From positions 2,688,136 through 2,752,135 of the forward strand of contig JBJBDC010000001.1 of assembly GCA_047285535.1 (NCBI GenBank): a DNA stretch of 64,000 nucleotides. The letters run 5' to 3'. The stretch comes from Synechococcus sp. (GTDB lineage: Bacteria > Cyanobacteriota > Cyanobacteriia > PCC-6307 > Cyanobiaceae). Position 1 is the stretch's first letter. Every line of letters starts with the position of its first letter. The notes beneath the pieces were generated by a model. That model was not told where the DNA came from and did not search any database. It worked only from the letters and a program-made list of their open reading frames with translations. This document shows, piece after piece, positions 30,670-40,716 of the stretch. Position numbers and translations under genes: made by a program.

Positions 30670-31749
30670 TCAACCGATAGCAGGTGCCTGAAGAGCCACA
30701 GGTGTGGACTCAGCAGCTGCGAGGTCGAGGGGGAAGTTGTGAGCGTTGCGCTCGTGCATCACTTCCATGCCGAGGCCGGCACGGTTGAGGATGTCAGCCC
30801 AGGTGTTCAGGACGCGGCCCTGACCATCAAGGATGGACTGGTTGAAGTTGAAGCCGTTCAGGTTGAAGGCCATGGTTGACACGCCGAGGGCGGTGAACCA
30901 GATGCCGACCACAGGCCAGGCAGCCAGGAAGAAGTGAAGGCTGCGGCTGTTGTTGAAGGAGGCGTATTGGAAGATCAGGCGACCGAAGTAACCGTGGGCA
31001 GCCACGATGTTGTAGGTCTCTTCTTCTTGACCGAACTTGTAGCCATAGTTCTGGGACTCGGTCTCGGTTGTTTCACGAACCAGAGAAGAGGTCACCAGGG
31101 AGCCGTGCATGGCGGAGAACAGTGAACCACCGAAGACACCAGCCACACCAAGCATGTGGAAGGGGTGCATCAGGATGTTGTGCTCAGCCTGGAACACCAA
31201 CATGTAGTTGAAGGTGCCAGAGATGCCCAGAGGCATCGCGTCAGAGAACGAACCCTGACCGAAGGGGTAGACCAGGAACACTGCAGATGCAGCAGCAACA
31301 GGTGCGCTGTAAGCAACACAGATCCAAGGGCGCATGCCCAGGCGATAGGAGAGTTCCCACTCACGTCCCATGTAGGCGTAAATGCCGATCAGGAAGTGGA
31401 ACACAACCAGTTGGAAAGGACCGCCGTTGTAGAGCCACTCGTCGAGTGAGGCAGCTTCCCAGATGGGATAGAAGTGCAAGCCGATGGCGTTGCTGGAGGG
31501 AACAACAGCACCGGAGATGATGTTGTTGCCATACATCAGTGAACCTGCAACAGGCTCGCGGATGCCGTCGATATCAACCGGGGGAGCGGCGATGAAAGCG
31601 ACGATGAAGCAGGTGGTAGCGGCAAGCAGGGTGGGGATCATCAGAACACCGAACCAACCGACATAGAGACGGTTGTTGGTGGAGGTGACCCACTCACAGA
31701 ACTGCTGCCAACCGTTAGCGCCGGAGCGCTGCTGGATGGTGGTAGTCAT
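30670..31749 (-). CDS. psbA: Photosystem II D1 protein, copy 1 (Glu130, D1:2 type)
   Basis: Canonical D1 sequence; MGREWEL places Glu at position 130. Confidence 0.99.
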   Translation of the reverse strand: MTTTIQQRSGANGWQQFCEWVTSTNNRLYVGWFGVLMIPTLLAATTCFIVAFIAAPPVDIDGIREPVAGSLMYGNNIISGAVVPSSNAIGLHFYPIWEAASLDEWLYNGGPFQLVVFHFLIGIYAYMGREWELSYRLGMRPWICVAYSAPVAAASAVFLVYPFGQGSFSDAMPLGISGTFNYMLVFQAEHNILMHPFHMLGVAGVFGGSLFSAMHGSLVTSSLVRETTETESQNYGYKFGQEEETYNIVAAHGYFGRLIFQYASFNNSRSLHFFLAAWPVVGIWFTALGVSTMAFNLNGFNFNQSILDGQGRVLNTWADILNRAGLGMEVMHERNAHNFPLDLAAAESTPVALQAPAIG

Positions 31750-32054
31750 GAGAACGGAAAAGAGCCTGTGGGACGAATCCCGGTGGCGAATAAAGAAGAT
31801 CGGTTAACCCGACTTAAGAAATGTAACGGAAGTTTGCGCGGCTGGCACGATCTCCGGCGTGAACTCTCCTGATCACAATGATAAGCTCAGCTGATCACGG
31901 TTGCCTTGGAATGGGTTGATGGCCTGAGGAGGATTTCTGGAGCCAAGGCCTGAGGGGCACGGCCATGACGGAGTCCTGGGCAAAGTCCATAAAAAACACC
32001 ACGCGCTGGTGGTTTGATCCTTGCTGATGGTGGCAAATCGTTGGGCGTAAGGGT

Positions 32055-32237
32055 TCAGATGGATCCGGTGGCGGTCACCGGCTGCATAATGCCCCCATCG
32101 CCATTGCCGAAATCATCATCATCTGAGTTTTCGTTGGGTTGGCTAAGCGCATACGCCCCAATAAAAATGGTTCCAACGATGCTGATGACAAGTTGGAACG
32201 GAAAGTTGACGCTTTCAGAGAAAGCGTATTCGCCCAT
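32055..32237 (-). CDS. 60-aa membrane protein with acidic DDDD-GG-MQPV tail between the psbA copies
   Basis: One TM helix followed by NSDDDDFGNGDGGIMQPV; preceded by GGAG. Confidence 0.65.
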   Translation of the reverse strand: MGEYAFSESVNFPFQLVISIVGTIFIGAYALSQPNENSDDDDFGNGDGGIMQPVTATGSI

Positions 32238-32410
32238 TAATGAATCTCCGTTACTTTTCTAAATATAGTTGTGAAGACTGGTTTTGTTAGCTTGTTAGTC
32301 AGTTATTTCAACTGGAACGTGAGAGGTCTGTTGTGATGGTGACGGGCAAAGGTTGGACTGACTGTTGTAGATGAGTGCGCTGTTGTTTGTTATTGAGGGA
32401 AACCAATGCC

Positions 32411-32441
32411 AGAAAAAGCCCCCCTTTTTGGGGGGCTTTCT
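32411..32441 (-). terminator. Intrinsic terminator of psbA copy 2
   Basis: Identical to the copy-1 terminator. Confidence 0.85.
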
Positions 32442-32476
32442 TATTCAGTTGAACTGAACGATGGATGGATTCCAGA

Positions 32477-33556
32477 TCAACCGATAGCAGGTGCCTGAAG
32501 AGCCACAGGTGTGGACTCAGCAGCTGCGAGGTCGAGGGGGAAGTTGTGAGCGTTGCGCTCGTGCATCACTTCCATGCCGAGGCCGGCACGGTTGAGGATG
32601 TCAGCCCAGGTGTTCAGGACGCGGCCCTGACCATCAAGGATGGACTGGTTGAAGTTGAAGCCGTTCAGGTTGAAGGCCATGGTTGACACGCCGAGGGCGG
32701 TGAACCAGATGCCGACCACAGGCCAGGCAGCCAGGAAGAAGTGAAGGCTGCGGCTGTTGTTGAAGGAGGCGTATTGGAAGATCAGGCGACCGAAGTAACC
32801 GTGGGCAGCCACGATGTTGTAGGTCTCTTCTTCTTGACCGAACTTGTAGCCATAGTTCTGGGACTCGGTCTCGGTTGTTTCACGAACCAGAGAAGAGGTC
32901 ACCAGGGAGCCGTGCATGGCGGAGAACAGTGAACCACCGAAGACACCAGCCACACCAAGCATGTGGAAGGGGTGCATCAGGATGTTGTGCTCAGCCTGGA
33001 ACACCAACATGTAGTTGAAGGTGCCAGAGATGCCCAGAGGCATCGCGTCAGAGAACGAACCCTGACCGAAGGGGTAGACCAGGAACACTGCAGATGCAGC
33101 AGCAACAGGTGCGCTGTAAGCAACACAGATCCAAGGGCGCATGCCCAGGCGATAGGAGAGTTCCCACTCACGTCCCATGTAGGCGTAAATGCCGATCAGG
33201 AAGTGGAACACAACCAGTTGGAAAGGACCGCCGTTGTAGAGCCACTCGTCGAGTGAGGCAGCTTCCCAGATGGGATAGAAGTGCAAGCCGATGGCGTTGC
33301 TGGAGGGAACAACAGCACCGGAGATGATGTTGTTGCCATACATCAGTGAACCTGCAACAGGCTCGCGGATGCCGTCGATATCAACCGGGGGAGCGGCGAT
33401 GAAAGCGACGATGAAGCAGGTGGTAGCGGCAAGCAGGGTGGGGATCATCAGAACACCGAACCAACCGACATAGAGACGGTTGTTGGTGGAGGTGACCCAC
33501 TCACAGAACTGCTGCCAACCGTTAGCGCCGGAGCGCTGCTGGATGGTGGTAGTCAT
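32477..33556 (-). CDS. psbA: Photosystem II D1 protein, copy 2 (Glu130, D1:2 type)
   Basis: Translation identical to copy 1. Confidence 0.99.
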   Translation of the reverse strand: MTTTIQQRSGANGWQQFCEWVTSTNNRLYVGWFGVLMIPTLLAATTCFIVAFIAAPPVDIDGIREPVAGSLMYGNNIISGAVVPSSNAIGLHFYPIWEAASLDEWLYNGGPFQLVVFHFLIGIYAYMGREWELSYRLGMRPWICVAYSAPVAAASAVFLVYPFGQGSFSDAMPLGISGTFNYMLVFQAEHNILMHPFHMLGVAGVFGGSLFSAMHGSLVTSSLVRETTETESQNYGYKFGQEEETYNIVAAHGYFGRLIFQYASFNNSRSLHFFLAAWPVVGIWFTALGVSTMAFNLNGFNFNQSILDGQGRVLNTWADILNRAGLGMEVMHERNAHNFPLDLAAAESTPVALQAPAIG

Positions 33557-33720
33557 GAGAACGGAAAAAAAGGTCTCGCAAGGAGACGGTTACGGAAGGG
33601 CAGGATGCCCTGCCACTTGAATTGTAAAGCAAGATTGCGCTTTGTAACCGCTAATTCATGAAGCAATGTTGAAGACAAGGGGCGGGCGTTGTCATGGATG
33701 TCGTTGTTAGCGTCCGCGGG

Positions 33721-35325
33721 ATGAGCAACGCAGCTTCGATAACGACTTCAGGTGCAGCGGCCGAAAGAGTGCTGTTTGTTCGCTTGCCTTGCAATCCGAT
33801 TTTTCCAATCGGTCCGATTTATTTAGCTGATCATTTACACAAGTGTTTCCCAGACTTGCCCCAGCGCATTCTTGACCTGGCTGCTCTCCCCGTCCTTGAT
33901 GTTGAAAGGGTTTTGCTGAATGTGGTGGATCAGTTTCGACCCACTCTTTTGGTGTTTTCCTGGAGAGATATTCAGATCTATGCCCCGGTCGATGGTCGAG
34001 GGGGCAATCCGCTTCAAAATTCATTCGAAGTGTTTTACGCAAGGAACCCTCTCAAACGCCTCAAAGGAGCCTTGGGTGGCTTGCGCTTAATGACCAGTCA
34101 TTACGGAGAGCTTCATCGCAATCAAAAACTGGTGCGTCATGGTTTGAAGAGGGCTCGTCGTCACTGCTCCGGGGCACGCGTGGTTCTTGGTGGTGGTGCG
34201 GTCAGCGTTTTCTATGAACAGCTGGGCCGTTCCTTGCCCAAGGGCACCATCATTTCAATCGGTGAGGGTGAACCACTCCTTGAAAAGCTTCTGGCTCAAC
34301 AGCCCCTTGACGGCGAGCGTTGTTTCGTTGTGGGAGAGCCACCTCGCCCAGGTTTGATTCATGAACAACCTCAGAGCAGACCTAAGACAGCCTGTGACTA
34401 CAACTACATCTCTTCGATCTGGCCTCAGTTGGATTGGTATCTGGAGGGTGGAGACTTTTACGTTGGCGTTCAGACCAAGCGCGGTTGTCCACACAACTGT
34501 TGTTATTGCGTTTACACCGTTGTGGAAGGCAAGCAGGTCCGTGTTAATCCTGTGCAAGAAGTTGTCGCTGAAATGCGTCAGCTTTACGACCGTGGAGTCC
34601 GTGGCTTCTGGTTTACCGATGCTCAGTTCATTCCAGCTCGTAAATACATCGAGGATGCAAAAGAGCTGTTGCGCGCGATCAAGGCTGAGGGGCTAACTGG
34701 AATTCGTTGGGCGGCTTACATACGCGCCGACAACTTGGACCCTGAGTTGGCTGAGTTGATGGTTGAGACGGGCATGAGTTATTTCGAAATTGGTATTACG
34801 TCTGGTTCTCAGGAGCTCGTGCGCAAGATGCGTATGGGTTACAACCTGCGTACTGTTTTAGACAGTTGCCGGATGCTTGCAGAGGCGGGATTCCGTGATC
34901 ACGTGTCGGTGAATTATTCCTTCAACGTGATTGATGAAAGGGCTGAAACGATTCGGCAAACTGTGGCTTATCACCGTGCACTGGAAACGATTTTTGGTGT
35001 AGATCGGGTCGAACCAGCCATTTTCTTTATCGGCTTGCAGCCTCATACTCATCTCGAGCAGTACGGTTTTGATCAAGGTCTGATCAAGCCTGGCTACAAC
35101 CCAATGAGCATGATGCCTTGGACGGCACGCAAACTCCTCTGGAATCCTGAGCCGATGGGTAGCACTTTCGGTCGGGTTTGCCTTGAAGCTTTTGATCGAG
35201 ATCCCAGTCGTTTTGGTAAAACGGTGATGGAACTTCTTGAGAGGGATTACGGAATTGCGTCCCTTGACCAAGCTCTTCGTGCCCCTGTTCAGGGACGAGC
35301 CGCTTTGGCTAAAGCCGTCAGCTGA
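33721..35325 (+). CDS. B12-binding-domain radical SAM protein, Slr0320-like (PSII high-light acclimation)
   Basis: VRLPCNPIFPIGPIYLADH N-terminus; RGCPHNCCYC CxxxCxxC motif; divergent from psbA. Confidence 0.82.
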   Translation: MSNAASITTSGAAAERVLFVRLPCNPIFPIGPIYLADHLHKCFPDLPQRILDLAALPVLDVERVLLNVVDQFRPTLLVFSWRDIQIYAPVDGRGGNPLQNSFEVFYARNPLKRLKGALGGLRLMTSHYGELHRNQKLVRHGLKRARRHCSGARVVLGGGAVSVFYEQLGRSLPKGTIISIGEGEPLLEKLLAQQPLDGERCFVVGEPPRPGLIHEQPQSRPKTACDYNYISSIWPQLDWYLEGGDFYVGVQTKRGCPHNCCYCVYTVVEGKQVRVNPVQEVVAEMRQLYDRGVRGFWFTDAQFIPARKYIEDAKELLRAIKAEGLTGIRWAAYIRADNLDPELAELMVETGMSYFEIGITSGSQELVRKMRMGYNLRTVLDSCRMLAEAGFRDHVSVNYSFNVIDERAETIRQTVAYHRALETIFGVDRVEPAIFFIGLQPHTHLEQYGFDQGLIKPGYNPMSMMPWTARKLLWNPEPMGSTFGRVCLEAFDRDPSRFGKTVMELLERDYGIASLDQALRAPVQGRAALAKAVS

Positions 35326-36143
35326 AAGATGACTAATGCGGCGACAGAGATGATTCCAACCATGCCTCCTAACGGATTGTTCCCCGGGCCTGTCAGCCAA
35401 AAAGGAGATTCAGGAGACCACTGAATTAAGCCAGATTGCAAAGCAAACCAGCCGCCAACCAATCCGCCATGCAGCCCTACGCATCCCCACAGTGAACCAC
35501 CGTCGAGTTGCCGACGCGTTGCCAGTGCCATCCCCAATAAAAAAAGACCAATCAACAAGCTCAGCATCGGCCAAAATCCCAAATTGAATCGGGCGTGCAC
35601 CAGGCTGAAAATCACAGCTTGTGCAGAGACCGCTCGCTTTGCCCCAATAAGGAGATTGAGCTCACCCAAAAGCCAGCCTCGGAACAGCAGTTCTTCGATG
35701 AGGCCAACGCCGAAACAAAGGAGTAGGGCGTTGAACAGCTTGTCACCACTGAAATCTCCAAGCCATTGTCCCCAATGACCTCCCAAGCTGATCAGACCAA
35801 TGATCAGTAACAATCCCGCCGCCAATCCCAGGCCGATCAGAAGAGAGCGGCTGCTACTCGGCCCCTGCGCTCCCGCCTTGAGTCCAAGCTGTCGCCATGG
35901 ATGACGAGTTTCCCAACGGGTTCGTGTCCAGCTGGGCAGGATCAGCAGAAAGAGCAACACGCTGATTCCCGTTCCGATCAAGTCTTGAGAAGGGATCGAT
36001 CGTCCAGGGAGCATCAGGTTGATGAGTTGCATCACCAACCAGCCAACTCCGTAGAGGAGAGGAATGAGAGTAAGTGTAGGAATCCACCTTGGTTTCAGCG
36101 TGAACCAGGATGTCCTTATCGCTGCGAAAGACGTTGTTTTCAG
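35289..36143 (-). CDS. CPBP/CAAX (Abi) intramembrane metalloprotease; start uncertain
   Basis: EELLFRGWL, FSLVH and GLHG motifs; multiple TM segments; CTG at 36143 overlaps the clpS stop. Confidence 0.88.
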   Translation of the reverse strand: MKTTSFAAIRTSWFTLKPRWIPTLTLIPLLYGVGWLVMQLINLMLPGRSIPSQDLIGTGISVLLFLLILPSWTRTRWETRHPWRQLGLKAGAQGPSSSRSLLIGLGLAAGLLLIIGLISLGGHWGQWLGDFSGDKLFNALLLCFGVGLIEELLFRGWLLGELNLLIGAKRAVSAQAVIFSLVHARFNLGFWPMLSLLIGLFLLGMALATRRQLDGGSLWGCVGLHGGLVGGWFALQSGLIQWSPESPFWLTGPGNNPLGGMVGIISVAALVIFQLTALAKAARP

Positions 36144-36451
36144 CTTTCTGGTTCGATGGTGCTGGTCAGGCCCTTGCCCTTCAAGGTTTCGCAGTAAAAT
36201 TCGGCAGGCTCGATGTCGCAAACGATCACAAGCCCCACGCCCGTGTTGTGAGTTTCCAACATCACGGCCATGGCATCCTGCTCACTCAGCTGTGGAACCA
36301 CCTGTTGAAGCGTGACGACCACATACTCCATGCTGTTGACAGGGTCGTTGTGAAGCAAAACCTTGTAGCGGGGCGATGTCTTGCGAACTCGCTCAGTTTG
36401 CTTGTCAAGAACCGTAGCCCCGCCGGGGCTACGGCTGGGTGTATTCACCAT
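36140..36451 (-). CDS. clpS: ATP-dependent Clp protease adaptor ClpS
   Basis: YKVLLHNDPVNSMEYVV, MLETHNTG and AEFY motifs. Confidence 0.95.
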   Translation of the reverse strand: MVNTPSRSPGGATVLDKQTERVRKTSPRYKVLLHNDPVNSMEYVVVTLQQVVPQLSEQDAMAVMLETHNTGVGLVIVCDIEPAEFYCETLKGKGLTSTIEPES

Positions 36452-36492
36452 TGCTACTGATTTTCATTACACCCAATCTACGAGCAATGGGG

Positions 36493-37719
36493 TCAAAGGT
36501 TGCGAATGCGGGCCATGGCTTCGTCCACATTGCTCCGGCTGTTGAAAGCGGAAAGGCGGAAATAACCCTCTCCTGCAGCACCGAAGCCACTACCTGGAGT
36601 TCCCACCACGTTGGCCTTCTCAAGGAGGTGATCGAAAAACCCCCAAGAGTCAATCCCTGAAGGTGTTTTCAGCCATACATAGGGGGCGTGCTGACCTCCG
36701 TGCACTTCGATTCCTGCAGCACTGAGCTCGCCTCGGATGATGGAAGCGTTCTCCATGTAAAAGCTCACGAGCGCCTTCACTTCCTGTTTCCCTGCTTCGG
36801 AGTACACCGCTTCGGCACCCCTCTGAATGATGTAGCTCACGCCGTTGAACTTGGTGCTTTGCCGACGGTTCCAAAGCCCCCAAAGCTCCACCTCAGAACC
36901 ATTGTCGGTTTTGCCTTTGAGTCCTTTGGGAACAACGGTTAAGGCGCAGCGGGTGCCTGTGAATCCGGCATTTTTGGAGAAGGAGCGGAATTCGATCGCA
37001 CAGTCGCGAGCTCCCTCGATCTCATAAATGGAATGGGGCAGCTCTGGATCTTGAATGAACGCTTCGTACGCGGCATCAAAGAGAATCAGGGCCTGGTTGG
37101 CCCGGGCATAGTCCACCCATTCCTTGAGTTGCGCCTTCGTCGCGACAGCACCGGTGGGGTTGTTGGGATAACAGAGGTAGATCAGGTCAACAGGTTCACT
37201 CGGAATCTGTGCGGCAAACCCGTTGTCAGCGCTGATCGGTAGGTAGGTGAGGCCACCATATCGACCGTTATCACCAGACTCGCCTGTACGGCCAGCCATC
37301 ACATTGCTGTCGACATACACCGGATAGACCGGATCGGTCACTGCAATGCGATTGCCACTGCCGAGAATGTCAAGAATGTTGCTGCTGTCGCATTTGGAGC
37401 CATCCGATACAAAGATTTCCTCAGCGTTGATCGCACAGCCCCTGGATTGGAAGTCATCGCGGGCAATCGCTTCTCGAAGCCAGGCATAACCCTGTTCCGG
37501 CCCGTAGCCGTGAAATCCTTGCGCCGTCCCCATCTCGTCGATGGCTGATTTCATGGCATCACGGCAGGCCTGCGGTAGCGGCTCTGTGACGTCTCCGATG
37601 CCGAGACGAATCAGATGGGCCTCGGGGTTGGCGCTACTAAAGGCTTTCACCCTGCGGCCAATCTCCGGGAACAGATAACCGGCTTTGAGTTTCAGGTAAT
37701 TGCCGTTGACCTTGACCAC
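36493..37719 (-). CDS. dapL: LL-diaminopimelate aminotransferase
   Basis: Start GTG 37719 ([20 protein letters not shown]); GYGPEQG, PNNPTG and PLP lysine in [12 protein letters not shown]. Confidence 0.96.
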   Translation of the reverse strand: MVKVNGNYLKLKAGYLFPEIGRRVKAFSSANPEAHLIRLGIGDVTEPLPQACRDAMKSAIDEMGTAQGFHGYGPEQGYAWLREAIARDDFQSRGCAINAEEIFVSDGSKCDSSNILDILGSGNRIAVTDPVYPVYVDSNVMAGRTGESGDNGRYGGLTYLPISADNGFAAQIPSEPVDLIYLCYPNNPTGAVATKAQLKEWVDYARANQALILFDAAYEAFIQDPELPHSIYEIEGARDCAIEFRSFSKNAGFTGTRCALTVVPKGLKGKTDNGSEVELWGLWNRRQSTKFNGVSYIIQRGAEAVYSEAGKQEVKALVSFYMENASIIRGELSAAGIEVHGGQHAPYVWLKTPSGIDSWGFFDHLLEKANVVGTPGSGFGAAGEGYFRLSAFNSRSNVDEAMARIRNL

Positions 37720-37776
37720 GAATGACTGGGGTTGCTGCGGGCATCCTGCTACATACGATGAAACAAGCAGGGCCTG

Positions 37777-40455
37777 GTGGTCGTGATTGTCGCCCCGTCT
37801 AACACGCAGCAGGATCCAGATCCCCATGCTGTCGTGGCGTTTGATGAGCTTGTTGATTCCTCTATCAATCGCCCGGCCCGCTATATGGGTCATGAGTTGG
37901 GGGTGGAGCCCAGGGATTGGGATACGGCAAGGGTGCGCTGGGCTCTGACGTATCCCGAGATTTATGAGGTGGGCTCCAGCAATCTCGGTCACATCATTCT
38001 CTATTCAATCCTCAATGCCGTTCCTGGTCAGCTGTGTGATCGCGCCTATCTCCCGGCGGCTGATCTGTCAGAGAGGCTGAAAGAGCAGAAGCAAGCCTTG
38101 TTTGCGGTGGAGAGCAGACGGCCTCTCCCAGCCTTCGACATCCTTGGTTTCAGTCTCAGCTACGAGCTTGGAGCGACCAATATCCTTGCCATGTTGGATT
38201 TGGCGAAGGTTCCTATTTATGCCTCAGAGAGGGGCGACTTGCCGCTCTCTCATCCTGAGTCTCCGCCACTCATTTTCGCCGGTGGTCCCACCGCAACCAG
38301 CAACCCAGAGCCTTACGCAGCTTTTTTTGATTTCATTGCTTTAGGTGATGGGGAGGAACTGCTTCCTGAAATTGGCCTCGTGGTTGCTGAAGCCAAAGCT
38401 GCAGGGTGGTCTCGTTCAGCTCTGCTGCGTGATCTGGCTTTTGTCCCTGGGGTGTATGTGCCGTCTCTCTATGGAGCTGATCAGCAAGGGGTCACCGTGG
38501 AGCCGTTGGAGCCTGGTCTCCCTGCCCGCCTGTTGAGGCGTGTTGCCACACCCATGCCCCATTACGCGATGGGGCTCGTACCGCATGTGGAGACTGTCCA
38601 TGACCGATTGACGGTCGAAATTCGGCGTGGCTGTACGCGTGGTTGTCGTTTTTGCCAGCCAGGCATGCTCACAAGACCGGCTAGGGATGTGGAGCCTGAA
38701 GCGGTCATTGAAGCCATTGAAACCGGTATGCAGCGCACGGGTTACAGCGATTTTTCATTGCTGTCGTTGAGTTGCAGTGATTATCTTGCGTTGCCAGCCG
38801 TGGGAGTGGAGCTTCGTAATCGTCTCGCTGATCGCAACGTCTCGCTTCAGTTACCGAGTCAGCGGGTCGACCGGTTTGATGACAATATTGCTCACATTCT
38901 TGGCGGGACTCGACAAGCGGGGCTGACATTCGCACCGGAAGCAGGAACCCAGCGACTGAGAGACATCGTGAACAAAGGTCTGACAGATGCAGACCTGGTG
39001 GAGGGAATCCGCACGGCAATGGAGAACGGCTACCGCAAAGTGAAGCTCTATTTCATGATTGGTCTCCCTGGAGAAACCGATGCAGATGTGCTGGGCATCG
39101 CTGAAACCTGTCGAATGTTGCTCGATCGCTGTAGGGATCTAGGTCGACTGACTCTCAACATCACGATCAGCAATTTCACGCCTAAGCCGCATACACCATT
39201 TCAGTGGCACAGCGTCTCCACCGCTGAGTTCTCAAGACGTCAGCAGTTGCTGAGAGAAGCGGGGAAACGGCTCAGGGGTGTGCGCTTCAACTTCACCGAT
39301 GTGAGGCTCTCGGCCATGGAGGATTTCGTGGGTCGCGGGGACCGGAGTCTGGCGCCGGTGATCGAAGCCGCATGGCGCGCGGGTGCTGGCATGGATGCTT
39401 GGTTTGATGCTCTGGATCGCACCTATGAGGCCTGGACTGGTGCGATTGCATCAGCAGGCCTGGAGGGGCGCTACAGGGTTCTTGAGCTCGGAAGCTGGGG
39501 TGATGCCCATGCGTTGAGTGAGGAGGGGCTGGATGCATTTTGTGCCCAGCCACTCCCTTGGGATCACATTGATACAGGCGTTGATAAGTGCTGGTTAGCG
39601 GAAGACTTCAAGCGCGCTTTGGAAGCCACGGTCGTTCCTGATTGTTCATTTGATGGGTGCAGCAGTTGTGGGGTTTGTGGTTCTGATCTCGGACACAATG
39701 TGGTGATTGCTCCTCCTCCTGTTCCTGCTCAGAAGCCAAGGCAGGCCCCACCCAGCGATCGGGTCTGTCGGGTCAGATTTCGTTTCAGCAAAACAGGAGC
39801 CATGGCTTTGCTTAGCCATCTCGACTTGGTGCGTTTGCTTGAGCGTGCGCTCCGTCGTGCTGAACTTCCGGTGAGCTTCACCGGTGGTTTTCACCCACTA
39901 CCTCGTCTTCAGCTCGCTTTGGCTTTGCCGCTTGGCGTTGAGGCTGAGGGTGAATGGATGGATCTGGAGTTCACCGAACCAGTCGACGCGATGGTTGTTT
40001 TAAAGCGTTGGCAGCAGAACCTACCTCCAGGGCTATCGCTGATGGAGGCCAACGAAGTGCCCGTTTTTGGCCCCAGCCTGTCGCAGCAACTGGAAACAGC
40101 ACGCTGGCGCTTTCTGCTCAAACCTCAATCCGGCGAATCTTCGATTGCGTTGGATCAGTGGGAACTGGTGGTGGCTGATCTGATCTCCCGCGACACCCTT
40201 GTTTGGCAGGACACCGACAAAAAGGGACGCCTTCGCCAGCGCGATTGCAGACCTGCTCTTGAGACTTTGGAGCTGATCGGTCCCGTGGCTGGAGAGCCTG
40301 CGAAGGGGATGCTGATTGAGTATGTAGCCCGGATCGATAATCAAGGTCGGAGCATTAAACCTGCTCAGTTGCAGCACTGGTTGTCTGAAGCCTTGGCTCA
40401 GTCCTTGTATCTACAAAATGTTCGACGTCTCGAGCTAAGCCTTGTGCGGTGCTAA
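37777..40455 (+). CDS. TIGR03960-type radical SAM protein fused to a TIGR03936/DUF2344 domain
   Basis: [28 protein letters not shown], Cys cluster PDC...C..CGVC and SHLDL..RRA..P.SF.GGFHP.P; start uncertain. Confidence 0.9.
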   Translation: MVVIVAPSNTQQDPDPHAVVAFDELVDSSINRPARYMGHELGVEPRDWDTARVRWALTYPEIYEVGSSNLGHIILYSILNAVPGQLCDRAYLPAADLSERLKEQKQALFAVESRRPLPAFDILGFSLSYELGATNILAMLDLAKVPIYASERGDLPLSHPESPPLIFAGGPTATSNPEPYAAFFDFIALGDGEELLPEIGLVVAEAKAAGWSRSALLRDLAFVPGVYVPSLYGADQQGVTVEPLEPGLPARLLRRVATPMPHYAMGLVPHVETVHDRLTVEIRRGCTRGCRFCQPGMLTRPARDVEPEAVIEAIETGMQRTGYSDFSLLSLSCSDYLALPAVGVELRNRLADRNVSLQLPSQRVDRFDDNIAHILGGTRQAGLTFAPEAGTQRLRDIVNKGLTDADLVEGIRTAMENGYRKVKLYFMIGLPGETDADVLGIAETCRMLLDRCRDLGRLTLNITISNFTPKPHTPFQWHSVSTAEFSRRQQLLREAGKRLRGVRFNFTDVRLSAMEDFVGRGDRSLAPVIEAAWRAGAGMDAWFDALDRTYEAWTGAIASAGLEGRYRVLELGSWGDAHALSEEGLDAFCAQPLPWDHIDTGVDKCWLAEDFKRALEATVVPDCSFDGCSSCGVCGSDLGHNVVIAPPPVPAQKPRQAPPSDRVCRVRFRFSKTGAMALLSHLDLVRLLERALRRAELPVSFTGGFHPLPRLQLALALPLGVEAEGEWMDLEFTEPVDAMVVLKRWQQNLPPGLSLMEANEVPVFGPSLSQQLETARWRFLLKPQSGESSIALDQWELVVADLISRDTLVWQDTDKKGRLRQRDCRPALETLELIGPVAGEPAKGMLIEYVARIDNQGRSIKPAQLQHWLSEALAQSLYLQNVRRLELSLVRC

Positions 40456-40716
40456 CTTATAAACAAGACGATATGCCACGGGCCTTCGCCACGGTTTCGT
40501 CCCGACCTTCTTGTTTCCACATCCTGGGGAAAGAGAGTCCAGAGCCTCCTGTTTCAAACAACGTCAAGGCGTTGTAATCGGGCTTCAAACCAAAGGAGTA
40601 ATTCACTCCGAATGCTTATGACCTTTTGGGTCTCTTGAATTCATCCCACCCCGTGCGACATGCTGGATAGCTGTTGATCGGGCTTCAGTCCTGACGGTCG
40701 TCGTCAGTCATTGTTT

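Larger units (their letters stand above)
30601..33568. repeat. Direct repeat of about 1161 bp (30601-31761 and 32408-33568)
   Basis: Offset 1807. Boundaries were read by eye, and all shadow ORFs in the track translate identically in both copies. Confidence 0.92.

Noticed and set aside
30658..33473. Duplicated small ORFs overlapping psbA
   Set aside because: Alternative-frame shadows; duplicated only because psbA is duplicated.
37720..37992. N-terminal extension giving a 499-aa DapL
   Set aside because: Overlaps the divergent radical SAM gene; the recognisable DapL start is GTG 37719. Similar track over-extensions affect glsF, gpgS, rpsL, the YhhQ-family gene and the cupin.
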